Positions 39,950 to 49,583 of a stretch of 64,000 nucleotides of DNA are shown piece by piece. The notes under the pieces were generated by a model. The model saw nothing but the letters and a program-made list of their open reading frames with translations, did no database searches and was not told the origin of the DNA. Every line of letters starts with the position of its first letter. The stretch's first letter is position 1. Origin of the DNA: Acidimicrobiia bacterium (lineage in GTDB: Bacteria > Actinomycetota > Acidimicrobiia > Spongiisociales > ZC4RG35); assembly GCA_041747375.1 (NCBI GenBank), contig JBGTFH010000003.1:8324-72323 (forward strand). The letters are read 5' to 3'. A program made the position numbers and the translations under genes.

Positions 39950-41592
39950 GGGCGGTAGTGGTTGGTGATCGGTAGACGCCGATCTTTACCAAAAGCCTTC
40001 GTCGTTATCTTGACACCGGGCGCTGACTGGCGTCGTTTGTACTCACTTCGATCGACCATGGCGGCAACCTGCAGAACGATGTTGGAGTCGAAGCCGTCGG
40101 CGATGATCTCGTGGACCCCCATGTCCATCTCGATGTATCGACGGAGGATCGCGTCGAGAAGTTCATAAGGGGGCAGCGAGTCAGAATCCTTCTGATCGGG
40201 CCTCAACTCAGCCGATGGTGGCTTGCTGATACTGCGGGCCGGAATCACGGGGCCTTGCTCGTTTCGCCAATGGGCCAACTCATAAACCGTTGTCTTGAAG
40301 ACGTCTTTGAGGACTGAGTACCCGCCGACCATATCACCGTAAAGCGTGGCATAACCCACGGCCATCTCCGATTTGTTCCCTGTTGCGAGAACCATCGGAC
40401 CGAACTTATTGGAAAGTGCCATCCAGATAGCACCCCGGGTTCGGGCTTGCAGATTCTCTTCCGCTACCCCGAATTCGGTCTGGCCGAACCATGGGGCCAA
40501 GGTGTCGGTAAACGCGGCGAAGACCCCATCGATCGGAATCGAGTCGAATTTGATCCTTAGATTCTCCGCCAGGGCGACGGCATCCTCGACCGAGTGTCCG
40601 CTGGAGAACGGGGATGGCATCGAAAGTCCCCAAACATTTTCGGGTCCTAGGGAATCAGCGGCGATCGTCGCGGTCAGGGCCGAGTCGATGCCCCCGGACA
40701 AGCCGAGAAGCACGTCGGTAAATCCGTTCTTCCTCACGTAGTCTCGCAGACCTGTGGTGAGGGCCTGATAGATCTCCTCGGTCTCCCCGAGAAGCGGAGT
40801 CGGCTCCGGAGCTTCGGCCCGCGGTTCGCCCTGGAGTGGGCAATCGACCACGAAGAAGTGTTCTTCGAATTGGGGGGAGCGATGGATTATCTGCCCGTCG
40901 GCAGCAGCCACCACCGAGGCCCCGTCAAAAACCAACTCATCCTGGCCCCCGACGAGATTGAGATATACCACCGGCAACCCTGTCGCCCGAGCCCGGGACT
41001 TGAGCATGTCTTCCCTATCGGCGGCCTTTCCAGAGTGAAAAGGAGAAGCATTGATGTTGAGCAGGATCTGGGCCCCGTTTAGCGCCTGCAGACTCGGGGG
41101 CCCGTCGGCGACCCATATGTCCTCACAGATCGATATCCCGGAAGGAACTCCGCCAATCTCCCAAATCCGGTCGCCATCCTGGCCCACGGAGAAATAGCGA
41201 TCCTCGTCGAAAACTCCGTAATTGGGCAGGAGCACCTTGTGGTAGACACCCTTGATCCTGCCGTCTCCGAGCAATGCAGCGGCATTGGCCACGCGACGCT
41301 CGACCGAATCGGCCGCTCCCGCCGAAGGTCCCGGGGCATGATCGACGAATCCCACCACGACATCGGTTGTCGTCGTTTCGCGGGCAATGCGGCGAAGAGA
41401 CTCGATACCGGCATTGACGAAGTCGGATCTGAGTACCAAATCCTCCGGCGGGTAGCCGTTAATCGCCAATTCGGGTAGGAGCAGGACATCCGCACCTGCG
41501 TCCAGCGCCCTGGAGTGGCTTTCGAGAATCCTGGCCTCGTTGTCCGGGATATCCCCGACGACGAGATTGAGTTGGGCACCGGCAATGCGCAT
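39946..41592 (-). CDS. nadE: glutamine-dependent NAD+ synthetase
   Basis: N-terminal nitrilase domain (start MRIAGAQLN) followed by a NAD synthetase domain with the SGGIDS P-loop. Confidence 0.85.
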   Translation of the reverse strand: MRIAGAQLNLVVGDIPDNEARILESHSRALDAGADVLLLPELAINGYPPEDLVLRSDFVNAGIESLRRIARETTTTDVVVGFVDHAPGPSAGAADSVERRVANAAALLGDGRIKGVYHKVLLPNYGVFDEDRYFSVGQDGDRIWEIGGVPSGISICEDIWVADGPPSLQALNGAQILLNINASPFHSGKAADREDMLKSRARATGLPVVYLNLVGGQDELVFDGASVVAAADGQIIHRSPQFEEHFFVVDCPLQGEPRAEAPEPTPLLGETEEIYQALTTGLRDYVRKNGFTDVLLGLSGGIDSALTATIAADSLGPENVWGLSMPSPFSSGHSVEDAVALAENLRIKFDSIPIDGVFAAFTDTLAPWFGQTEFGVAEENLQARTRGAIWMALSNKFGPMVLATGNKSEMAVGYATLYGDMVGGYSVLKDVFKTTVYELAHWRNEQGPVIPARSISKPPSAELRPDQKDSDSLPPYELLDAILRRYIEMDMGVHEIIADGFDSNIVLQVAAMVDRSEYKRRQSAPGVKITTKAFGKDRRLPITNHYRP

Positions 41593-41626
41593 GGGCATAG
41601 CCGCACGATATCCAAACACTTAGCCT

Positions 41627-44368
41627 GTGGGGGTGAGCACGGGCAATGAGAACGTCGAATACACCGAAAGGGGATCGACCGCTGATGTCCGGGAACGCCT
41701 TATGAACATGGTCCCCGGTGATGCCACCGGGGCCTGGTCCAGGCTCGACCCCATAATCGAAGGGATCGGCACCGCAGCAATCAGCGACGAGCAACTGCGC
41801 CGGCTGGCCGCTATCGGCTCAACAAGTCGTGCGCTGGCCGCGGTCGCGGCCGCCCACCCCCAGATAGTGACAGAGCGAATCGACACCGGGTGGTCGGTTC
41901 CCCTGCAAAATTCAGCAGCCCTGATCGAATTCGCTTCGGGGGAAATCGATGGATCGACCTCGCTGGCAACGGCAACCGCCGGATACTCGCGATTCATCGA
42001 CGGCCTGGTGGAGCGCACACTCAACGCGGCGCGTCCCGAGGTCACAGAACGCCATCAGTCTGTCACGGATCTGCCGTTCACAATCATCGCCATGGGGAAA
42101 TGGGGTGCCGAGGAGCTCAACTACGCCTCCGACATCGATCTGATGTTTGTTCATGGAGACAGTGCGACAGATCCTGAGGGAAGCCGGGCCGGAGCTATCG
42201 CCCTGGCCAGCCGGGTGATCTCACGGCTGTCAGCGTCGTCATTCGAAGGTACGGGCCTCGTAGTCGATGCCGACCTCCGACCCGAGGGCAGCATGGGCCC
42301 ACTGTCCCGACGTCTCGACGCCTTCGCCACCTACTACGAGCGCTGGGCCGAGCCGTGGGAGCTGCAGGCATTGATCAAGTCGAGACCCGCCGCCGGCGAC
42401 CTCGATCTCGGGGCGCAGTTTTCTGAGCTGGCAGCCGACGTCGTCTGGGAGACCGGAATTGATTCGGACGCTCTCCGGGGACTACGCCGACTCAAGGCTG
42501 AGGCAGAATCACAGGCAAACGCATCCGATCTCAAGCGGGCACCAGGTGGCATCAGGGACGTCGAGTTCACGGTTCAGCTGTTACAGCTCGTCCACGGCCG
42601 GCACGACCAAAGACTCCGGCTGAGGGGCACACTCGAAGCGTTGGCAGCACTCGAAGATGGTCGCTATCTCAGTGCTGAAGAAGCCGAGGAGCTCAGAAAC
42701 GCCTATCTCCTCCTCCGAAGGCTGGAGCATCTGATCCAGGTCTGGGACCTGCGACAGACCCATCGCTTACCGTCGGATCCCGAAACAATGCGGCGTCTGG
42801 CCATTGGCATGGGTCTAGGGGCCGACGCCGAGGCGCTGTCGGTGTTGGTATCGGCGACGCGGAGTGCCACCAGAACCCTGCACGAGCGCATCTATTTCAG
42901 ACCTGTTCTGGAATCACTCGTCCGCTCACCAAGTGCGCGACTGGGCCCGGAGAAGGCATACCAGCGGCTCAGCGCCCTCGGGTTCGCCAATACCCGCGCC
43001 GCCACCGACGCCCTGGAGGCGATGACACGGGGCCTCAGCCGCAAGTCGGGTGCCATGCAACAAATGATGCCTTTGATGCTCGATTGGCTGTCGCTGTCAC
43101 CAGATCCCGATCTCGGTCTGTCACAACTCCGTGTCCTCCTTGCCAACACGACGGACCATTCTTCGCTGGTATCCCGGCTTCTCAACAACCCGGCCACTGG
43201 AGAGAGACTTGCCCTCCTGCTCGGAACGGGCCGCCTGTTCGGCGACCTGATCGACAGGATTCCCGAGTTCGTGCCCCGGCTCGCCGACGACGAGGCGATC
43301 GACGATGTACGGAATAGGGCAGCGGCAATCGATCGCCTTCAGGGCCTCCTCGCCTCCCGGCCGCATCGAGACGATCAGATCGGAACTATTCGCCGGTTCT
43401 CCCGCAGGATGCGTCTGCGGATCGCGGCACGCGACGTAATCCGAAACCACGACACCTTCAAGACCATGAGCTCCCTCGCCGAGGGGGCCGACACCGCCAT
43501 CGTCGGAAGCCTCGACGTGGCGACCGCTGGTCTGGAACACGATATGGCAGTAGTCGCAATGGGCCGCTGGGGAGGTGGCGAGCTTTCCTATGGGTCTGAC
43601 CTCGATCTGATGTATGTGTTCGATCGGATGGACCGCGATGCCGCATTGTCGGTACCCGCCGTGATGCATGAGATCCTGTCGGCGCCCGGGCGTCACGGTG
43701 ACGGCTACATCCTCGACACCGGGCTCCGGCCGGAGGGTAAGAACGGGCCGAATGCGAGATCGCTCGAAAGTACTGCGAGGTACTACGAGGAGTGGGCCGA
43801 GCCCTGGGAATACCTTGCTCTCATTAGAGCGCGTCCGGTCGCCGGTGCACCGGAGACCATGGAGCGGTTTCAGACGATGACTGAATCCGTTCTCTGGCAA
43901 CGGCCCTTCGGATCCGATCAGCTGGCCTCGATCCGGAAGATTAAGGCGAGGGTTGAAAGCGAACGGGTCGGACCTGATGAAGACGCAGATTTCCACTTGA
44001 AGCTGGGACCGGGATCACTGAGCGATATCGAGTTTCTCACCCAGTTGATGCAACTCAAATATGGCCGCGAATTCCCCGCCGCTCGTGTCCCGGGAACCCT
44101 GGCTGCCCTCACTTCGCTACTCGAAGCCGGGCTGCTGACCCCTGCAGACCATCTCGCACTCGTCGACTCCTTTGAGTTCTGTAATCGGGTGCGGCTCCGG
44201 CTCCACCTACAACGGGGACGTCTGGTCGACTTCCTGCCCACCGATCCCGAGGAGTTGTCGCAACTCTCTGCCTCCCTCGGCTACGACCGGAGCATCGAGG
44301 TCCGGGAGACTTACCAACGGGTCACCAGACGGGCCCGGAGAGTCTTCATGTCCCGGTTTTTTGAGTAG
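41627..44368 (+). CDS. glnE: bifunctional glutamine synthetase adenylyltransferase/adenylyl-removing enzyme
   Basis: 913 aa with two GlnE nucleotidyltransferase repeats (…GKWGAEELNYASDIDLMFV…, …GRWGGGELSYGSDLDLMYV…). Confidence 0.85.
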   Translation: MGVSTGNENVEYTERGSTADVRERLMNMVPGDATGAWSRLDPIIEGIGTAAISDEQLRRLAAIGSTSRALAAVAAAHPQIVTERIDTGWSVPLQNSAALIEFASGEIDGSTSLATATAGYSRFIDGLVERTLNAARPEVTERHQSVTDLPFTIIAMGKWGAEELNYASDIDLMFVHGDSATDPEGSRAGAIALASRVISRLSASSFEGTGLVVDADLRPEGSMGPLSRRLDAFATYYERWAEPWELQALIKSRPAAGDLDLGAQFSELAADVVWETGIDSDALRGLRRLKAEAESQANASDLKRAPGGIRDVEFTVQLLQLVHGRHDQRLRLRGTLEALAALEDGRYLSAEEAEELRNAYLLLRRLEHLIQVWDLRQTHRLPSDPETMRRLAIGMGLGADAEALSVLVSATRSATRTLHERIYFRPVLESLVRSPSARLGPEKAYQRLSALGFANTRAATDALEAMTRGLSRKSGAMQQMMPLMLDWLSLSPDPDLGLSQLRVLLANTTDHSSLVSRLLNNPATGERLALLLGTGRLFGDLIDRIPEFVPRLADDEAIDDVRNRAAAIDRLQGLLASRPHRDDQIGTIRRFSRRMRLRIAARDVIRNHDTFKTMSSLAEGADTAIVGSLDVATAGLEHDMAVVAMGRWGGGELSYGSDLDLMYVFDRMDRDAALSVPAVMHEILSAPGRHGDGYILDTGLRPEGKNGPNARSLESTARYYEEWAEPWEYLALIRARPVAGAPETMERFQTMTESVLWQRPFGSDQLASIRKIKARVESERVGPDEDADFHLKLGPGSLSDIEFLTQLMQLKYGREFPAARVPGTLAALTSLLEAGLLTPADHLALVDSFEFCNRVRLRLHLQRGRLVDFLPTDPEELSQLSASLGYDRSIEVRETYQRVTRRARRVFMSRFFE

Positions 44369-44403
44369 TAGCGACATACCGGGTTCGATTAGGCTCGCAA
44401 CCG

Positions 44404-45558
44404 ATGGATTCACCCAAGCCGCTTTCCGAACTCGTCGAGTTGGTCCTTCCCTCGGCACTCGAACTGCGCCGTGCGCTCCATCGCCATCCTGAGCCCTCGC
44501 ACGGGGAGCACGTCACCAGTCAACTGATCGCCGACGCCCTTTCCGCTAATGGAATATCACCACACTTACGCTCCCCGCGCACCGGGCTCTGGGTTGACAT
44601 CGGAGGGGAGCCGAAGGTGGGGTTCCGGGCCGACATCGACGCCCTTCCAATCGACGAGCCGGTGGACAATGTTCCCGTCTCCATCAACCATGGATGGATG
44701 CACGCATGCGGCCACGATTTCCACAGTGCCGTGGCCTTTGGCATTGCCAGGGTTTTGGACCAACTGCCACTGTCGGCAGGTGTCCGGGTTCTATTTCAAC
44801 CCGCCGAGGAGGCATTCCCCGGCGGCGCCATCGAGTTGGTGGGTGAAGGATTGGTAGATGGGCTCAGCTCGATCCTTGCTTTCCACGTCGATCCGACGCT
44901 TCAAACCGGCAAGGTCGGCGCCCGAATCGGGCCGATCACTGCCAGTGCCGACCGATTCACGATCTCCCTATACGGTCCGGGTGGTCACACCGCCCGGCCG
45001 CACCAAACGGTGGACCTGATACCCGCCGCTGCGAGGATTATCGTTGACCTCCCCGCCACCCTCCGGGCAGCGATTGATTCCCAACGGCCGTTGATCGTCT
45101 CGTTCGGGGCGATTCACGGCGGAACCACCGAGAATGTGATCCCGACGCGTGTGGAGTTGAAAGGTACGGCGCGTACGGTCGACCCTGAAGTCTGGGCGCA
45201 ACTCCCCGCTCTTGTCGACAAGACACTTTCCAATCTCACCGCGCTCAGTGGGGCCAGTTACGACCTCGAGTATCAGCAGGCGATTCCTCCCGTGATCAAC
45301 GATGAATTGGTTGTTTCCACGGCGATTGCCGGCATCGAGAGGATGATGGGGAAGGGCACGGTGACAGACACCCCGACCAGCATGGGTGGGGAGGACTTCG
45401 CCAACTACCTCGAGGTCATTCCGGGGGCCCTGCTCAGGCTGGGCGCCGCCAAGGGGCGGGGCGATCTCCATTCTTCGGCATTCCAGGCCGACGAAAGCTG
45501 CGTAGCCCACGGAATCTCCTGCGGCGTGTCTGCGCTACTCGCTCTCCTTGACGGGTAA
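44404..45558 (+). CDS. M20D-family amidohydrolase (N-acyl-amino acid amidohydrolase/hippurate hydrolase-like)
   Basis: 384 aa with metal ligands (HACGHD ... E ... H). Confidence 0.75.
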   Translation: MDSPKPLSELVELVLPSALELRRALHRHPEPSHGEHVTSQLIADALSANGISPHLRSPRTGLWVDIGGEPKVGFRADIDALPIDEPVDNVPVSINHGWMHACGHDFHSAVAFGIARVLDQLPLSAGVRVLFQPAEEAFPGGAIELVGEGLVDGLSSILAFHVDPTLQTGKVGARIGPITASADRFTISLYGPGGHTARPHQTVDLIPAAARIIVDLPATLRAAIDSQRPLIVSFGAIHGGTTENVIPTRVELKGTARTVDPEVWAQLPALVDKTLSNLTALSGASYDLEYQQAIPPVINDELVVSTAIAGIERMMGKGTVTDTPTSMGGEDFANYLEVIPGALLRLGAAKGRGDLHSSAFQADESCVAHGISCGVSALLALLDG

Positions 45559-45565
45559 AGGGACG

Positions 45566-45589
45566 ACAGTTAACCTTCTGGTTAACTGT
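45566..45589. promoter_or_regulatory. perfect 10-4-10 palindrome (ACAGTTAACC-TTCT-GGTTAACTGT) abutting GTG start of ArsR-family gene
   Basis: It ends 2 nt before the start codon, which suggests an autoregulatory operator on a leaderless transcript. Confidence 0.55.
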
Positions 45590-45590
45590 T

Positions 45591-45938
45591 GTGAAACCCC
45601 CAGCCATTACCGATGATCTCGACGCCACTTTCAATGCGCTGGCCAACGAACACCGAAGACAAATGATCCACGCACTGGCCCTGCACCCATGGTCGATCGG
45701 AGACCTGGCCGAACAAAGGGATCTTTCACTTCCGGCGATTCACAAGCACGTCAAGGTCCTCGAAGGAGCTGGCCTTATCAGACGGAGGAAACACGGTCGC
45801 ACCAATTTCCTGGCCTTGCGCCGGGGTGCCCTCGCCGGGTTGCAAGGGTGGGCTGGGGAGTTCCATACCTACTGGGGCAACGACGAAGAGTCTCTCGACA
45901 ATTATGTCGAATTTCTGGGACGCCAAACAAGCGAATGA
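45591..45938 (+). CDS. ArsR/SmtB-family transcriptional regulator
   Basis: 115 aa with a winged HTH (HRRQMIHAL...SIGDLAEQRDLSLPAIHKHVKVLEGAGLI). Confidence 0.75.
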   Translation: MKPPAITDDLDATFNALANEHRRQMIHALALHPWSIGDLAEQRDLSLPAIHKHVKVLEGAGLIRRRKHGRTNFLALRRGALAGLQGWAGEFHTYWGNDEESLDNYVEFLGRQTSE

Positions 45939-45952
45939 GATAGGAGCGATCA

Positions 45953-46237
45953 ATGAAGAAATTTGTGTTCATGTACGAAGGCATGTGGGAATACACAGAC
46001 GAGGCAAAAGCAGAGTGGGCAGCCTGGTTCGCATCAGTGGGTGAGAGCATGATCGACGGGGGGAATCCACTCGGCGCTGGGGTCAGGATCACCCGGGAGG
46101 GTCAGGAAGAACTGGTCGGACCGCCGGTTACCGGGTATTCCATCTTCTCGGCCGAGGACCTCGATGCGGCACTAAACCTGCTCGACGACTGTCCGATCAT
46201 CGACGGAGTGCGGGTCTACGAAGCGATGAGCATGTGA
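45953..46237 (+). CDS. small hypothetical protein (YciI/Dabb-like?)
   Basis: 94 aa, probably co-transcribed with the ArsR regulator. Confidence 0.35.
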   Translation: MKKFVFMYEGMWEYTDEAKAEWAAWFASVGESMIDGGNPLGAGVRITREGQEELVGPPVTGYSIFSAEDLDAALNLLDDCPIIDGVRVYEAMSM

Positions 46238-46253
46238 CCAGCACCAGATGGGT

Positions 46254-46288
46254 AAAAAACAACAGGCCCCGAGGGGCCTGTTGTTTTA
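46254..46288. terminator. bidirectional rho-independent terminator (AAAAAACAACAGGCCCC-GA-GGGGCCTGTTGTTTT)
   Basis: Perfect 12-bp GC-rich stem flanked by an A-run and a T-run, between convergent genes. Confidence 0.8.
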
Positions 46289-46303
46289 TGAGGAGGAGTG
46301 AGT

Positions 46304-46825
46304 TCAGGAAGTCTTGGCTTTGGAGGCCGCAGCTCCTGAAGCCGGGGCCTTCGAGGCCGAAGCCTTCGAGGCCGAAGCCTTCGCTGTGCTCGTCTTCGCT
46401 GCCGTGGTTTTGGCAGTAGAAGCCTTCGAGGCCGAAGCCTTTGTGGCCGAAGCCTTCGAGGCCGAAGCCTTCGAGGCCGAAGCCTTCTTGGCGGCGGGCT
46501 TGGCCGACTCGGTCGCCGGGCGGAAGGATGCACGCCACGTGGCGAGCATGTCCTCCAACTGGGTGCGCAGTTTGCCCACCTGCTCCTGGACCTGGTCGAG
46601 ATCTACCTTGGCGGTGATCTCCTCGACCGTCTTGTTGTCCGATACCCGGGCAACGACCTTTTCACCTTCGCTGGCCCAGGTCTCGAAAGCCTTGCCTGCG
46701 ACCTTTGTGTAGTCGGCGGTCTCTTCATTGATCTTGACTTTGAGGTCACCGACTTTGCCGGTGACTTTGCGGGCGGCAATGACGGGGGCGCCTACTGCCG
46801 CATACAGGACGTTCTTAGCCTGCAT
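46304..46825 (-). CDS. HbhA-like (heparin-binding hemagglutinin family) protein with Lys/Ala/Ser-rich C-terminal repeats
   Basis: 173 aa with an N-terminal coiled coil and a C-terminal ASKAS/KASAS array encoded by tandem 15-nt repeats (46310-46500). Confidence 0.65.
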   Translation of the reverse strand: MQAKNVLYAAVGAPVIAARKVTGKVGDLKVKINEETADYTKVAGKAFETWASEGEKVVARVSDNKTVEEITAKVDLDQVQEQVGKLRTQLEDMLATWRASFRPATESAKPAAKKASASKASASKASATKASASKASTAKTTAAKTSTAKASASKASASKAPASGAAASKAKTS

Positions 46826-46828
46826 GAT

Positions 46829-47209
46829 TTACTCCTTTATGGGGATTTCTTCAGTTGTCATTCCCCGCGCCCGGATCAAATTCCGGTAGAGGTCCAACAA
46901 CACTTTCTTTTCTTCGGAACTCAGAACCGCATCGGCGTCGATTGCCTCGGACACCGAGGGCGATTCAAAGTCGTCATCGATCAACCCTGCTTTGGAATAC
47001 ATCGAGTTGGCCGAAATCTCTAGTGCTCGCGAAAGCCGCTTCAGGATCTCTGCAGATGGCTTCCGAATTCCCCTCTCGATTTGACTCAAGTATGGGTTGG
47101 AAATACCTGCCGATTCCGCCAATCGTCGTAGAGAAAGATTCGCCCTTTCCCTTTGCTGACGGATGAAATCGCCGAGATCTCCTTGCTTGCTTTCGTTCAC
47201 ACAGTGCAT
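46829..47209 (-). CDS. XRE-family HTH transcriptional regulator
   Basis: HTH_3 motif (LSLRRLAESAGISNPYLSQIERG). The XRE-hbhA order resembles mycobacterial Rv0474-Rv0475. Confidence 0.75.
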   Translation of the reverse strand: MHCVNESKQGDLGDFIRQQRERANLSLRRLAESAGISNPYLSQIERGIRKPSAEILKRLSRALEISANSMYSKAGLIDDDFESPSVSEAIDADAVLSSEEKKVLLDLYRNLIRARGMTTEEIPIKE

Positions 47210-47272
47210 GATACCGTACAGTGCTAACTAAAGCAAGCAGAGTGCGGCATTCCTTTTGGGCGGGCGCATGCC

Positions 47273-47674
47273 CTAGCCAATACTGGGTTCGACGCTCTTT
47301 GCAGCCTCGATCCAACCCGAGAGCATCGACTCGGTGGGGAGTCTCCGTACGACTTTGTTGGAACCATTCATGCTGATCACCTTGGCGAGAAGAGCAGTCG
47401 CATTGCGGCGCCTCAGATCGCGGACAGTCTCCACTCCCGCAGCTACCAGCAGTTCAGCGTACTCGCCGCCGATGCCCTTCACCCGGAGCAGGTCGGCATG
47501 ATGGACCCATGCCTGCAGGTCCCTCGGAGCGATTCCGGTCCTGGAAGAGAGCTCGGTCCGGGCACGCCTGGTCGACGCACTTTCGATGAGGCCGCCACTG
47601 GTCTTTATGCCAGCCTTGCGAAGCTTGGTGGCATCTCTCACCGAGACCCCGGCCACTTCGTCAATTCTCGCCAT
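47273..47674 (-). CDS. DUF4332 (helix-hairpin-helix) domain protein
   Basis: 133 aa with HhH motifs (LRVKGIGGEYAELLVAAGVETVRDL). Confidence 0.55.
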   Translation of the reverse strand: MARIDEVAGVSVRDATKLRKAGIKTSGGLIESASTRRARTELSSRTGIAPRDLQAWVHHADLLRVKGIGGEYAELLVAAGVETVRDLRRRNATALLAKVISMNGSNKVVRRLPTESMLSGWIEAAKSVEPSIG

Positions 47675-47735
47675 CGGCGGACACTCCCTGTTTCAACAGT
47701 CTCTTCCGAAGATTAAACATCGTCATGACCCACAT

Positions 47736-48335
47736 CTACAGCGCCAGATTCCGCGGCCGTAGCTCGGCGACATCATCCTCGGTATCGACGTCACGCGGTG
47801 CCAGGTCGGGGAACCACACTTCGTTCACCCATTCCGGGTGGGCCTGCCACAGCCTGCTGGCACCCTCATCACCTTCGAGGGACATCAGCCGGGGCCACAG
47901 CGATCGGTCCACAGCCACCGGGTTACCCCTGTGGTACCGGTATTTCGGGACGCTTACGGGCTGGTCCGATCGCTGGTGGGAGACCAAGAGCTCCTCGACC
48001 ATATCCGCCGTCACGTTGGGTTGGTCACCCAGGACTATCAGGGCGACGTCACAACGAGATGACTGGAGAAGGGCGTCGAGGCCAACGCGAATCGAGGAGG
48101 CGATCCCTTCCTCCCACTCCGGATTCTCGATCACCCCGGCATCGCCAAAGTCAACGGAACCGAGAATCTCATCGATCATGGCGCCGAGGACCACCCAGGT
48201 CTCCTCGACGGGGAATGAAGAGGTCTGGGTCACGATGTGACCGAGCAGGTTGGTGTCGCCCCACTCCTCGAGCTGCTTGGGACGCCCGAGACGACTGGAG
48301 GCCCCGGCGGCCAGGATTAGTGCAGCAACTGACAT
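47736..48335 (-). CDS. MobA-like NTP-transferase family protein (MocA/nucleotidyltransferase)
   Basis: LILAAGASSRLGRPKQL nucleotidyltransferase motif. Confidence 0.65.
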   Translation of the reverse strand: MSVAALILAAGASSRLGRPKQLEEWGDTNLLGHIVTQTSSFPVEETWVVLGAMIDEILGSVDFGDAGVIENPEWEEGIASSIRVGLDALLQSSRCDVALIVLGDQPNVTADMVEELLVSHQRSDQPVSVPKYRYHRGNPVAVDRSLWPRLMSLEGDEGASRLWQAHPEWVNEVWFPDLAPRDVDTEDDVAELRPRNLAL

Positions 48336-48390
48336 GTTGGGAAAACTAGCGGCCTCCGGGACTTTCGGTTACTTCGACTGACGGGCCCGG

Positions 48391-49503
48391 TCACGACTCC
48401 GGCAACTCGAATCGAGTGATCGCTCCGATGCCGTCACGATCCAGGGCAGAGCCAATCGAAATCTGATGTACCCGTCCACCCGATGCGACGGTCGCATCCA
48501 TTATCCCCGAAATCAGGTCCCGAACTTCGTGCATATCATTCGAACAGACACCGCAAACCGTTCCAGCACGGTCAATCTGCCCGCATTGAGGGCATAGGAC
48601 ACCTGGCCGGGTGAACTCGCCGGCAACCACCAAATCGGAAATCGCCTGAGCGTTGACAGCCCTCAGCGTCGGGCCAAGGCCTAACAAACCGCGGGTGCCG
48701 CGGGCGGCCAGACCCAAAAGGTCATCGACGAGGGCACCTTCTCGTTTCCTCTGGTAGGCCGCTCGTTGCAGGGCCAATTCCTCCTTGAGCCGGGCCGGGG
48801 AGATGTCGGAAGGCGACGCCGGGAACGACTCAAACGGGAGTTCGGACAGATACGGATGCAACTCGGAGCGGATACCTTCGATCGCCTCGTTGACACCTCC
48901 GATCAGAAGCAGATCGAAGGGGGATTCGACGTGGCGCTCCAGAAGTGCGTCACCTGCCTCTCGCCACAATCGTGATGCAACATCTTGAGCTCGCGCCCGG
49001 ACACCGTGTTCGTCATATCCGGCGAATCCACCGAAGTTGGGTTTGCCGATCTCAGCAGCGATAGGGGGCTCGATTTCTTCAACATCGCCGTCAAATCCAA
49101 TGAAGATCCTCGCCTGAGACTTGTCGGCCACCAGCAGCGCAGTGCGGATGGGCCTGGGAACCGCCCGGAGCGGCCTCAGATATGGGCGGGCCCCTACCAC
49201 TGCCACCGGAGAAGTTGGTTGCGCCAGGGCCTTCAACTCCCATATCCCGTCGAGAGACGAGGCAAAGAGGGCGTAGGCCGGGACTGCTTCGGACTCAAAA
49301 CGATCGGCCATCTCACGAAGACGCGCCACGTCCGCGTCGACACTCTTTTGCAGCGATCTCGACTTGGAGGAAACCTCCTGTTTCGCCACCCTCCCCAGAT
49401 CGGTGATCAGAGCGGGGAATCCACCGGGTGACGGCCGGTCGAGATAGATCGAGATCAAGGAACCCTGGGGGCTCTTCAAGTTGGCGATGGGATCGACTAT
49501 CAC
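48391..49503 (-). CDS. eRF1/Pelota-like three-domain protein lacking GGQ, with C-terminal CxxC...CxxC zinc ribbon (baeRF-type)
   Basis: Central-domain start 'TALLVADKSQARIFIG', a loop 'GKPNFGGFAGY' where GGQ would sit, and a C-terminus 'GGRVHQIS..DGIGAITRFEL' like eRF1/Pelota '...GGIAAILRY'. The zinc ribbon is CPQCG...CGVC. Confidence 0.45.
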   Translation of the reverse strand: MIVDPIANLKSPQGSLISIYLDRPSPGGFPALITDLGRVAKQEVSSKSRSLQKSVDADVARLREMADRFESEAVPAYALFASSLDGIWELKALAQPTSPVAVVGARPYLRPLRAVPRPIRTALLVADKSQARIFIGFDGDVEEIEPPIAAEIGKPNFGGFAGYDEHGVRARAQDVASRLWREAGDALLERHVESPFDLLLIGGVNEAIEGIRSELHPYLSELPFESFPASPSDISPARLKEELALQRAAYQRKREGALVDDLLGLAARGTRGLLGLGPTLRAVNAQAISDLVVAGEFTRPGVLCPQCGQIDRAGTVCGVCSNDMHEVRDLISGIMDATVASGGRVHQISIGSALDRDGIGAITRFELPES

Positions 49504-49583
49504 AACACGTTCCGCTGGTTGAGACTGTAGATCGGGCCGACCTTCATGGATTTGAAACTACACAAAAGCGACGGGGAATGTCG

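Noticed and set aside
41627-44368. glnE without an adjacent glnA as a possible anomaly
   Set aside because: glnE is frequently unlinked from glnA in actinobacteria; this is not unusual.
46310-46500. Tandem 15-nt repeats that might be noncoding satellite
   Set aside because: They are in frame and encode the ASKAS low-complexity C-terminus of the HbhA-like protein.
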